Part shown: piece by piece, positions 17,605 through 25,338 of the stretch
Position numbering within the stretch: position 1 is the stretch's first letter
Layout of the letters: each line of letters starts with the position of its first letter
NCBI GenBank assembly: GCA_045603725.1
Contig: JAZUMP010000056.1
Span: 4,702 to 68,701 of the forward strand
DNA: 64,000 nucleotides
Direction of reading: 5' to 3'
From: Christensenellaceae bacterium
GTDB lineage: Bacteria > Bacillota > Clostridia > Christensenellales > Borkfalkiaceae
The notes under the pieces: model-generated
What the model was told of the DNA's origin: nothing
What the model saw: only the letters and a program-made list of their open reading frames with translations
Database searches by the model: none
Made by a program: the position numbers and the translations under genes

Positions 17605-17619
17605 ATCAATATTATAATT

Positions 17620-18048
17620 TTATTTTCTTAAAAAAATTCTTTTAAATCCGTTGCGGATTTTTCTAAAAATTCTAAATTTAGCATAAGTATTTTTATATAT
17701 CTTGTATTTTATTGATTTATCAAAATCAATATATTTATCGTATTTATAGTAGCCTTTTACTACGCCTAAAATTTGCGACGGTTTAACGCCGTATTCAAGC
17801 GTAGTGTGATTATCACCACAAAGCACGTATTCATCGCCCTTTATAGCCATTATACGGTGTAAAACGTATAAACCTGACTCACGCTTATAAAGTATAATAT
17901 CGCCCTTTTTGAGCGAAATTTCAGGCTTGTAGGAGTATATGCAAACTTTATCGCGCCCTTCAACGAAAATTGGGAGCATACTAGTTCCCTTAAACTCCAT
18001 ACAAACAAAGCCTATTTCATTTAAGGCATTTTCTAAATTATTCATCAA
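17620..18048 (-). CDS. S24/S26-family peptidase domain protein; soluble, with no N-terminal TM segment
   Basis: GTSMLP carries the Ser nucleophile motif. ...GDIILYK...VLHRIMAIKGDEYVLCGDN is an S26-like box with His or Lys. The C-terminal tail is basic. Confidence 0.6.
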   Translation of the reverse strand: MMNNLENALNEIGFVCMEFKGTSMLPIFVEGRDKVCIYSYKPEISLKKGDIILYKRESGLYVLHRIMAIKGDEYVLCGDNHTTLEYGVKPSQILGVVKGYYKYDKYIDFDKSIKYKIYKNTYAKFRIFRKIRNGFKRIFLRK

Positions 18049-18319
18049 TAGCCCCTATTTTATTAAGAGTTTCTATAACCCAATCAACGTCTTTTGAAGC
18101 GATTTCATAACTCACATCATACTCTTGTAAAAGCGCATTTATAAGTTCTTCCCTTGTCGCCCCGTCAATTAGTTTATTCCATAAAAATTCCGAAGTTTCG
18201 TTGAGCCTAATATAACCGCTAATATTTTTAGCGTACTTTCCAACAGCGATAACTACGGTCATCTCATTTTCAGTATTTTCGTTTAATTTTTTTAAAATAA
18301 ATTGCTTTCTAATTTTCAT
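18038..18319 (-). CDS. PqqD-family (RiPP recognition element-like) protein
   Basis: 93 aa. ...YIRLNETSEFLWNKLIDGATREELINALLQEYDV... matches the PqqD/RRE pattern. Confidence 0.7.
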   Translation of the reverse strand: MKIRKQFILKKLNENTENEMTVVIAVGKYAKNISGYIRLNETSEFLWNKLIDGATREELINALLQEYDVSYEIASKDVDWVIETLNKIGAIDE

Positions 18320-18322
18320 AAT

Positions 18323-19033
18323 TTAACCTTTTAAAATATTAGAATAGGATATTTCAGCCGAAGAAATATCTTTATTACACTTAAGCAAGTAAAATTCAAC
18401 GTTACTTAACATTTTAGTTATTAACTCAAGTAAGTTAAGCGCACTATTTTCTTCGTTATAATAATATGATTGCTCTAGCAAGCAGTTTAACGCATCTTTC
18501 GAGTCTAGTTTTAAAACGCTATTAACGTCTGCACGGGCAACTTTTACTATTGCCTTAAGTGGAGCGCAAATATTTCCACCTAAACGATGTTTGCCGTTCC
18601 ACGGACTACCGTAAACGTAAAATTTATCGTCAACTAATTTAATAAACGGCTTATCGTCGTTAATATACTCAACCTTATCGCCCAAAAGTTTTTTAAGTAA
18701 AGCAGTATGCGTTGATTTACCCGTTCCACTAGGCGCAGTAAATAAATAGGCGTTGCCATTATACATAATTGACGAAGCATGAAATAAGACCGTATTATAT
18801 TTTTCAATTAAAATATTAGCAAGTTTTCTTAAAATTGAGGAATTTTCAACTACGTCTAAAATTTTAATTTCTGATTTTTCAAGTTCTTCTAAAAGTTCGT
18901 TTTGTGTTACGGAAATTTCAAAATCCGGCTTTATTTCGCCTTTTATTAAATATTCTTCTAAAAATTTAAAAGTATAATTATATTTATATTCAATTAAAAT
19001 ATTAAAATCGGCAATATTATATAAATTTTTCAT
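18323..19033 (-). CDS. HPr-kinase-like P-loop protein (HprK C-terminal domain-like, ScmC-like)
   Basis: P-loop APSGTGKSTHTA followed by ...INDDKPFIK...YGSPWNGKH. The size and pattern resemble HprK-related kinases found next to PqqD genes. Confidence 0.6.
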   Translation of the reverse strand: MKNLYNIADFNILIEYKYNYTFKFLEEYLIKGEIKPDFEISVTQNELLEELEKSEIKILDVVENSSILRKLANILIEKYNTVLFHASSIMYNGNAYLFTAPSGTGKSTHTALLKKLLGDKVEYINDDKPFIKLVDDKFYVYGSPWNGKHRLGGNICAPLKAIVKVARADVNSVLKLDSKDALNCLLEQSYYYNEENSALNLLELITKMLSNVEFYLLKCNKDISSAEISYSNILKG

Positions 19034-19042
19034 AACGATAAA

Positions 19043-19064
19043 AAGTGTGGTTTAAACCACACTT
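19043..19064 (-). terminator. Hairpin terminator after the SSB-like gene
   Basis: aagtgtgg-tttaaa-ccacactt followed, on the minus strand, by TTTTAT. Confidence 0.6.
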
Positions 19065-19093
19065 ATTATACCAATCAATAAAATCTTTGTCAA
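19065..19093 (-). promoter_or_regulatory. Consensus sigma-A promoter, TTGACA-N17-TATAAT
   Basis: On the minus strand, TTGACA is at 19093-19088 and TATAAT at 19070-19065. The terminator hairpin begins right after the -10. Confidence 0.6.
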
Positions 19094-19095
19094 TA

Positions 19096-19782
19096 TCAAA
19101 CGGTTTCTTTTTGTAAAATATCACACTCGAGTTCAAACTCTTTATTAATATCAAAAGTCTCTGCGTTATCGTACGCTGCAAGTTTAGAAATAGATACTTC
19201 GTAAGCAGTCAAAAGTTTAGTTTCCGTTTCACTAATTTTCTTTTGATATTCTCTTGACTGAATTCTACCCGATAACGATACCCTTTCGCCAACTTCTAAA
19301 TTTTTAACAAACCTTGCGTTTCTACCCCAAGCAATACAAGGAATATAATCGCTTTTATTGTACGCCCTATTAACCGCGATTAAAACGTCGGCTATTTCTC
19401 TATTAAACGGCGTCGTTCTATATATCGGTGGCTTACAAATAAATCCTGAAAGAACTATTGTATTTGGATTTTTATACTCTACACCTTCTACAACTTCTCT
19501 AACAAAAACCGTAAGCATAAGTTTAGACTTGCCGTCCACTTGCTTATTGTAACTTCTAAACTGACCGATAGCCGATAACGTTGAGCCAATTTTTAAATTT
19601 CCACTCTCAATTAACCTTTCAGATATTGTTATTGGAAGTATATCTGCTTGACCAGACAATCTTTTAACTAGAATATCCATTTCGTAAAATCCTTCGCCGT
19701 AGATTTCATGCGAGAACTTTGCTTCGGTAATAATTTCACCTTTAACGTACACTTTGTTATTTTGCTTTTCTACGTTTATCAT
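19096..19782 (-). CDS. Tandem OB-fold, SSB-like protein without the canonical acidic C-terminal tip
   Basis: Two halves are similar: ...LSAIGQFRSYNK...KLMLTVFV... and ...VSLSGRIQSREYQKK...LTAYEVSI.... The C-terminus ...ECDILQKETV does not look like a DDDIPF-type tail. Confidence 0.5.
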   Translation of the reverse strand: MINVEKQNNKVYVKGEIITEAKFSHEIYGEGFYEMDILVKRLSGQADILPITISERLIESGNLKIGSTLSAIGQFRSYNKQVDGKSKLMLTVFVREVVEGVEYKNPNTIVLSGFICKPPIYRTTPFNREIADVLIAVNRAYNKSDYIPCIAWGRNARFVKNLEVGERVSLSGRIQSREYQKKISETETKLLTAYEVSISKLAAYDNAETFDINKEFELECDILQKETV

Positions 19783-19828
19783 TTTAAGCCTCCATTGTTA
19801 TTTAAGCAAGCGCTAATTTTTAGTTATT

Positions 19829-20599
19829 TTACCTGCTCATCGCTTTGTGTTGAATTCCAAACGAATCAATAGTGTAATTTTCTTTATAAATAAGTTCGCC
19901 TATAGGCACGAACGTAAAACCTTTTTCTTTTAAGTTTGATAGAATATAAGGGAGTGCTTCATGCGTATGCAGTCCGTTATTATGACATAGTATTATAGAA
20001 CCACTTTTAGTTTTTTTAACTACCCTATTTACAATCTCTTTACTAGATATATCCTTCCAATCAATACTATCAACGTCCCATTGAATCGTATATAACCCAA
20101 GTTTTTCACTAACTTTTATTACTTGATTATCGTAGTCGCCGTATGGCGGTCTAAAAAGTTCTACTTTTTTACCTGTAATTTCGGTTATTTTTTGAGACGA
20201 AGTAGTAAGTTCGGATATTATTTGTGCTTCACTTAGTTTACTCATATTAGGGTGAGTTGAAGAATGCGTTCCTATCTCATGGCCACGATTAGATATTTCT
20301 TTTAACACGTCTGGAAATTTATCAGCCCAAAACTTTACCACAAAAAACGTGCATTTAACGTCGTATTCATCTAATATATCTAAAAGTTTTAAAGTGTAAT
20401 CGGCACCGTATGCACAATCGAAAGAAATTGATATTTTATTATCATTTCTATCAACTGAGTATATAGGAACCAACCTTGTAGTTCCGTTAAAATAAACGGC
20501 ACTTACACCACTATATTTAACCCAAAAACTTAAACCAAATATAAACGAAATGGCAAAAATCAATAAAATTGCCGACTTTTTTTTAAAATATGCTCTCAT
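19829..20599 (-). CDS. Polysaccharide deacetylase (NodB/CE4 family) with an N-terminal membrane anchor
   Basis: ISFDCAYG and HEIGTHSSTHP motifs are present, with an N-terminal hydrophobic segment. Confidence 0.8.
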   Translation of the reverse strand: MRAYFKKKSAILLIFAISFIFGLSFWVKYSGVSAVYFNGTTRLVPIYSVDRNDNKISISFDCAYGADYTLKLLDILDEYDVKCTFFVVKFWADKFPDVLKEISNRGHEIGTHSSTHPNMSKLSEAQIISELTTSSQKITEITGKKVELFRPPYGDYDNQVIKVSEKLGLYTIQWDVDSIDWKDISSKEIVNRVVKKTKSGSIILCHNNGLHTHEALPYILSNLKEKGFTFVPIGELIYKENYTIDSFGIQHKAMSR

Positions 20600-20692
20600 T
20601 TATCGCACCTCTTTATTATATTTATTAATAAAGCGCGCATTTTAAAACAAAAGATAAAAAAATTATAAATTTTGTCGAAAACACTTTAACAA

Positions 20693-20730
20693 AACAAAAA
20701 AAAACGACTTAGCGAAATCGCTAAGTCGTT
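20693..20730 (-). terminator. Rho-independent terminator of the cdaA unit
   Basis: aacgacttagcg pairs with cgctaagtcgtt as a hairpin, with a long T-run on the minus strand. Confidence 0.75.
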
Positions 20731-20742
20731 AAGTGTTTTTAA

Positions 20743-20844
20743 TTATATAACCTTTATAGTTATAAAAATCAAAACTGCTATTAAAAGGGATATAACTACG
20801 TTAATAAAAATTGATAAACCTTTAGATTTTTTCATTTTACTCAT
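20743..20844 (-). CDS. 33-aa single-TM micro-protein, translationally coupled to cdaA; not in the ORF track
   Basis: My translation is MSKMKKSKGLSIFINVVISLLIAVLIFITIKVI. Its ATG overlaps the cdaA TGA as ATGA, and a terminator follows. Confidence 0.4.
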   Translation of the reverse strand: MSKMKKSKGLSIFINVVISLLIAVLIFITIKVI

Positions 20845-21698
20845 ATAATATCTTTACCCCCTTTAGTTTCTTTATGATTTTTGTCTTTAGTATTATCTAT
20901 TAAATCTTGCCAATAGTACTCCTTTAAAGTTTTTCTTAAAGTTTCAGAATCTGCGTATCTAGTTATTTTGCCACCTTTGGCAATAGAGATAATACCCGTC
21001 TCTTCAGAAACTATTATAGCGGTAACGTTAAGCATTTCGGTAACGCCGATACCCGCCCTATGCCTAGTTCCAAGTTCTTTAGGTAAATCCGTTTCTTGCG
21101 AAAGCGGTAAAAAGCAACCTGCCGCTTGAATTTTATCATTTTGAATAATAATAGCACCGTCGTGAAGTGGTGTTTTAGGAAAGAAGATACTTTCAATGAG
21201 CGCGCTTGAAATATCAGAATCAAGTTTTACGCCACTATCAATAATAGAAGTCGGAATTTTAGTGTTTGAAAACACGAGTATCGCACCAATATCGTTTTTT
21301 GACATGTTTTGTAACGCTTTAATAATTTCGTTAATATTATGCGTAACGACTTGATGAGTATTTCTAACCGTATTTGCCATTTCAGAAGATATAATTTTAG
21401 TGTTTTTAGTGTTCCAAACGTTTCTTTTAATTTCCGTAGAAAACATAACTACAACGCATATAATAAACGATATTACTAGTAGCGCGTATAAAACGAGTGA
21501 GGTTTCTAATAAAATACATAAACAACTTACAAGAACTATATAAATAACAAAAACGCAAGAAATTTTTGAAGCGTTATTCTTAGTAAGTAAAGAAAAAAGC
21601 AAAAGTAACCCCAAAAAAATACTAACCAATAATATAATTTCAGGAAGGTTTATATTTTTAAATATCGGTATAACCTTTTCAGTAATAAATTTTATCAT
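20841..21698 (-). CDS. cdaA: Diadenylate cyclase CdaA (membrane-bound DAC domain)
   Basis: Three N-terminal TM segments are present. DAC motifs TPLHDGAIII (DGA) and GTRHRAGIG (RHR) are present. Confidence 0.9.
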   Translation of the reverse strand: MIKFITEKVIPIFKNINLPEIILLVSIFLGLLLLFSLLTKNNASKISCVFVIYIVLVSCLCILLETSLVLYALLVISFIICVVVMFSTEIKRNVWNTKNTKIISSEMANTVRNTHQVVTHNINEIIKALQNMSKNDIGAILVFSNTKIPTSIIDSGVKLDSDISSALIESIFFPKTPLHDGAIIIQNDKIQAAGCFLPLSQETDLPKELGTRHRAGIGVTEMLNVTAIIVSEETGIISIAKGGKITRYADSETLRKTLKEYYWQDLIDNTKDKNHKETKGGKDII

Positions 21699-21796
21699 AT
21701 ATTCTCCTAAAAAATTAGTAAGATACTAAACTTAATAAAAAGCAAATCTCAAAGTTGAAAGGCATTTAAAGATTAATAAATTTTAAGCGTAAAAAT

Positions 21797-22813
21797 TTAA
21801 ATTAACACGTTAAAAATCGAGTTCCAAAGCGCAGAATCAACAGAAATATCACCACGTTTAAACGCGCCGTCAAACGAAGCGAGTTTATCGCAAATAGATT
21901 TTAATTTTACCGGAGTAAACTTTTTTGCTTGCGCCCTATACTTTCTAATCGCAAACTCTTTAACACCGAGCGAAAGAGCAAGTTCATTATCGCTCAAATT
22001 AGAAATTGAAGAGTGAAGCAATCTTCTAAAATGATAATATATCGCAATAAACAAAACCTGCTTATCTTGATTCTTACTAAGCATCTCCTTAAGGGTTAAA
22101 AACGCCTTATCACGCTTTAAATCGGCAATAAAACCTGTTAATTCATAAACTTCAAAGTCTAAATCCTTAGAAATAACTAGTTCTACGTCATAAACCGTAA
22201 TTTCGTTATTTTCGCCAACAAAACTTATAAGTTTACTCACTTCACCACTTATTTTTGACATATCGCCCGAAGTGTACTCAATAATTTTGTTTAAAGCATC
22301 AGTACCTATAATCACTTTAGATTCCAGCGCTTTTTTTCTTATCCATTTAACTAAAAAAGCGTCGCTTGCTCTATCGCAATCAATAGAAGTTACGTTTTTA
22401 TGTTTAAATAAAGCCTCGCATTTTTTTTCGTTAACAATAATTATAATCGTCGTTTCTTCTACATTATTAAAAACCGATGAAAATCTTTTAGAATTAAGGT
22501 CTTTTGCCGTTGGATAATAATCGTAAACGACGACGTATCTTTTATCGCTTAAAAATGGATAACTTTTCACGGCGTTTAAAAAATCTTCAGGCTCTTTTAA
22601 AACGTCCTCCCCTTGATAGTTAGTTAAATTTAAATCAGGCTCGCTAAGAGCAACACTTTTAATCAAAGATAATGCACTTCCCCTTAAAAAAGCATCTTTG
22701 CCGTAAATTTGATATATGGGCATAATGCCATTTGTTAAACTAATTTCTAAATCGGAAAATTGCACTTTTGTAACCTCATAATATATTTTATCATTTAAAT
22801 AGATAAAAATCAA
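21797..22813 (-). CDS. holA: DNA polymerase III delta subunit
   Basis: 338 aa with ...PIYQIYGKDAFL... near the N-terminus. Its position directly after comEC matches B. subtilis. Confidence 0.7.
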   Translation of the reverse strand: MIFIYLNDKIYYEVTKVQFSDLEISLTNGIMPIYQIYGKDAFLRGSALSLIKSVALSEPDLNLTNYQGEDVLKEPEDFLNAVKSYPFLSDKRYVVVYDYYPTAKDLNSKRFSSVFNNVEETTIIIIVNEKKCEALFKHKNVTSIDCDRASDAFLVKWIRKKALESKVIIGTDALNKIIEYTSGDMSKISGEVSKLISFVGENNEITVYDVELVISKDLDFEVYELTGFIADLKRDKAFLTLKEMLSKNQDKQVLFIAIYYHFRRLLHSSISNLSDNELALSLGVKEFAIRKYRAQAKKFTPVKLKSICDKLASFDGAFKRGDISVDSALWNSIFNVLI

Positions 22814-22815
22814 GA

Positions 22816-24345
22816 TTAAACGTATAAATTTACTATAATAAAAGTTAAAATAAATATAATAAATAAAATTGAACTTAAAATAATTCTATATTTTTTAGAA
22901 ATATTTAAATAGTTTGTTAAAACTATACCTATAAAATAATACGGCAATTTAGAATAGCCAAACGTAAAATCGTCTAATAAAAATATTCTTGCATCGATAT
23001 TGTTTAAGATAGTAACAGCAATATTTAGTACGATATTGGGGAAAACTGCAATAATTCCGTAAAAATTAATAAACAAACTTAATACTGCAGTTATAAATAT
23101 AAATACGTACGCTAAACCTAAAATTGGAACTAATAAAATATTAAATAACGGCGAAAAAATTGAAGAATATCCAAAGAAGTCTATAGCAAGTGGCAACGAT
23201 GCAAAATAAGCAGAAAGATAAGGCGAAAGAAATTTTGCCACCCTATCAAAACAAAATAAAGATAAAAACTTACATATAGGCTTATTTAAAAACACTATTG
23301 CAGAATAAACTGTAAACGATAATTGAAACCCTGCCGTATAAAAATCAAAGGGATTAAGAATAAGAGTTATTATAAAAGCAGAGCACAAATTAGTTAACCT
23401 ATCCGGCTTTTCGTATAGCGACTCCGAAATAGCAATTATATAAATAATTATAAACGCTCTAATACAAGACGCTGAAAATCCACAAAACCAAACGTATATA
23501 AATAGCGTTATAAAAGTAATTATCAGCCTTGATTTATTTTTTAATTTTAAATGCTTATAAACGAATAATAACGCTCCGTAAATAAACCCTATATGTAAAC
23601 CTGAAACTGCAAAAATATGAGAAATACCAATTAACCTAAAGGACGTTAATAAGTCTTTAAAAACGTAACTGTCATCGCCCGTAAACATTGCGTACGCTAT
23701 GCCGTAATCATTAGAAAACGCAACTTTAAAATTATTTAATACTTTATATTTAATTTTATTAAATAAACCTGAAATGCTATCGTCAAGATAAATATCTTTT
23801 ACGTTTTTAGCCGAATAATAAACGCCGTTTGCTAGTGGATTGATAATAAAAGTATTATCAAAATAAACTCCCGATTTAATAAAGTTAGCCGAAAACTCAA
23901 TTTTATTGCCAACTACTATTTTATATTCAAACGGTATTTTAGCATTCGCTTTGACTTTATGCCCTTTAATACTGCCGTCAACGACTACTTCTAAATACTT
24001 ATTATCGTCTTCATCGTAAACTGCGCCGTCAATACCAATAACCGTACCGTAAAATAATTGATTACCTATTAAATTTTCACTATTATATTTATGAACGTTT
24101 ACAAGAAATATACTGCTTATCGCCACGTATACAACAAGCATTAAGCCAAGTATAATTGTTGATTTAAAACCTTTTAGACTAATAAAAACAAAAAGAAAAA
24201 TAATACCGATTATAAAAACCAATAAAGAAATAGTAAATGCAAAAACTAAATTTATAAAAATAGATAGCGTAGATATTAAAATCGCTAAAAGTGCAGATAA
24301 TGCAATAAACAAAATCGGCCTATTATTAGCGATTATGCCTTTCAT
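22816..24345 (-). CDS. comEC: ComEC/Rec2-family DNA internalisation channel: DUF4131 plus competence domain, with no C-terminal MBL domain
   Basis: Polytopic membrane protein carrying GISHIFAVSGLHIGF. It ends after the TM region at 509 aa. Confidence 0.75.
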   Translation of the reverse strand: MKGIIANNRPILFIALSALLAILISTLSIFINLVFAFTISLLVFIIGIIFLFVFISLKGFKSTIILGLMLVVYVAISSIFLVNVHKYNSENLIGNQLFYGTVIGIDGAVYDEDDNKYLEVVVDGSIKGHKVKANAKIPFEYKIVVGNKIEFSANFIKSGVYFDNTFIINPLANGVYYSAKNVKDIYLDDSISGLFNKIKYKVLNNFKVAFSNDYGIAYAMFTGDDSYVFKDLLTSFRLIGISHIFAVSGLHIGFIYGALLFVYKHLKLKNKSRLIITFITLFIYVWFCGFSASCIRAFIIIYIIAISESLYEKPDRLTNLCSAFIITLILNPFDFYTAGFQLSFTVYSAIVFLNKPICKFLSLFCFDRVAKFLSPYLSAYFASLPLAIDFFGYSSIFSPLFNILLVPILGLAYVFIFITAVLSLFINFYGIIAVFPNIVLNIAVTILNNIDARIFLLDDFTFGYSKLPYYFIGIVLTNYLNISKKYRIILSSILFIIFILTFIIVNLYV

Positions 24346-25064
24346 ACCTTATAAGTTGTGTCTTCTTTGGCAACAAAGATAAGTTTATTATTAGTAAGTT
24401 CTTTTTCAACTTCTTCATCAGTATATCTATATCCTATGTGTGTAACCAAAGTTTTAATTTTGTATTTTATAGAAAGTTCGTTTACTTGCGCTACCGACAT
24501 ATGCGGTTTCCCCTTTTTATAATCTTTTTCTGTAAACGCACCATCTGCAAGTAAAAAATCGCTACCCCTTAATAAATTTTCTAAATTGCAGTTTAACGAC
24601 GTATCTCCCGTATACGATAAAGTTCTTTCTCCATTTGAAATTTTAATTCCATGAGAAATAATCGGATGAGCCATTCTATAAATGGAAAAAGTAAAACCAC
24701 TATCAAAATAAGTTTTGTTTTCCGAGATATCTATACACTCAAATTCTTTTACGTTTTTTATAATTTTAGCATTATCGCTATCGTCGTCATAAAAATATAC
24801 TTTAAGTTTTTTATCGCTTTTTAAAAATGTAACCACGTAAGAAAGAACGCCGATATCTGAAATATGGTCAAAATGCAAATGACTTAAAAATAAAAATTTT
24901 AAATTATTAATATCAATTTTTTTAAGTAATTTTGATACAGTACCTGCACCAACGTCTAAAAGTGCATAAGCACCGTCGTTTTCTAATAGATACCCTGACG
25001 TTGCTCCGTTTATAGCAAACGGACCGTATTTACCTAGTATAGTTAAATTCATAAATCCTCTCAT
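24342..25064 (-). CDS. MBL-fold metallo-hydrolase
   Basis: HLHFDH (HxHxDH) motif is present. 240 aa. Its stop overlaps the comEC start. Confidence 0.8.
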   Translation of the reverse strand: MRGFMNLTILGKYGPFAINGATSGYLLENDGAYALLDVGAGTVSKLLKKIDINNLKFLFLSHLHFDHISDIGVLSYVVTFLKSDKKLKVYFYDDDSDNAKIIKNVKEFECIDISENKTYFDSGFTFSIYRMAHPIISHGIKISNGERTLSYTGDTSLNCNLENLLRGSDFLLADGAFTEKDYKKGKPHMSVAQVNELSIKYKIKTLVTHIGYRYTDEEVEKELTNNKLIFVAKEDTTYKV

Positions 25065-25105
25065 AATTTAGTTGACATTACATATAATAATCGTATAAAA
25101 TTTAT

Positions 25106-25338
25106 TTGCCTACTGCGTGCGAGGCGGAGATTTTTTCCCCTACGTTTTTAAAAAGGGAACTCGCGTTTTGTCGCCAATGCGTATTTCGAGGGCGTTGTTT
25201 TCACCCCTATTAAACGAAAAGTCAAAAGCGATAAATAGAGTACCCACCCTGCCTAAGGCGGGTTAAAACTTCTCTATGCACGGCGCAAGTGGGTAAAACA
25301 AAAATTCTAAACCCTATCTCATGATAGGGTTATTTTAT
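25106..25338 (+). ncRNA. Candidate structured small RNA (6S-like or raiA-motif-like; family not determined)
   Basis: A TTGACA-N16/17-TATAAA promoter lies at 25072-25099. The intergenic core is non-coding and richer in GC than other intergenic regions. A long imperfect closing helix pairs 25108-25128 with 25273-25296. A terminator hairpin accctatc/gatagggt at 25311-25330 is followed by TATTTTATT. Confidence 0.45.

Noticed and set aside
3646-19828. Integrase gene, att direct repeats or a tRNA integration site delimiting the phage-like island.
   Set aside because: No recombinase-like ORF is present. No tRNA is present. I found no convincing direct repeats by eye in the candidate junction gaps (3646-3725, 13421-13493, 14697-15019, 19783-19828). 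A computational repeat search across the full genome would be needed for certainty.
25228-25262. On the minus strand, the sequence AGGGTGGGTACTC resembles the T-box antiterminator core (GGGUGGUACC).
   Set aside because: It has an extra G, and it lies only about 70 nt after the deoB terminator, leaving no room for Stem I or a specifier loop. No downstream terminator/antiterminator alternative exists, and the downstream gene (MBL/comEC) is not a T-box-type target. It is better explained as one arm of a helix in a plus-strand sRNA.
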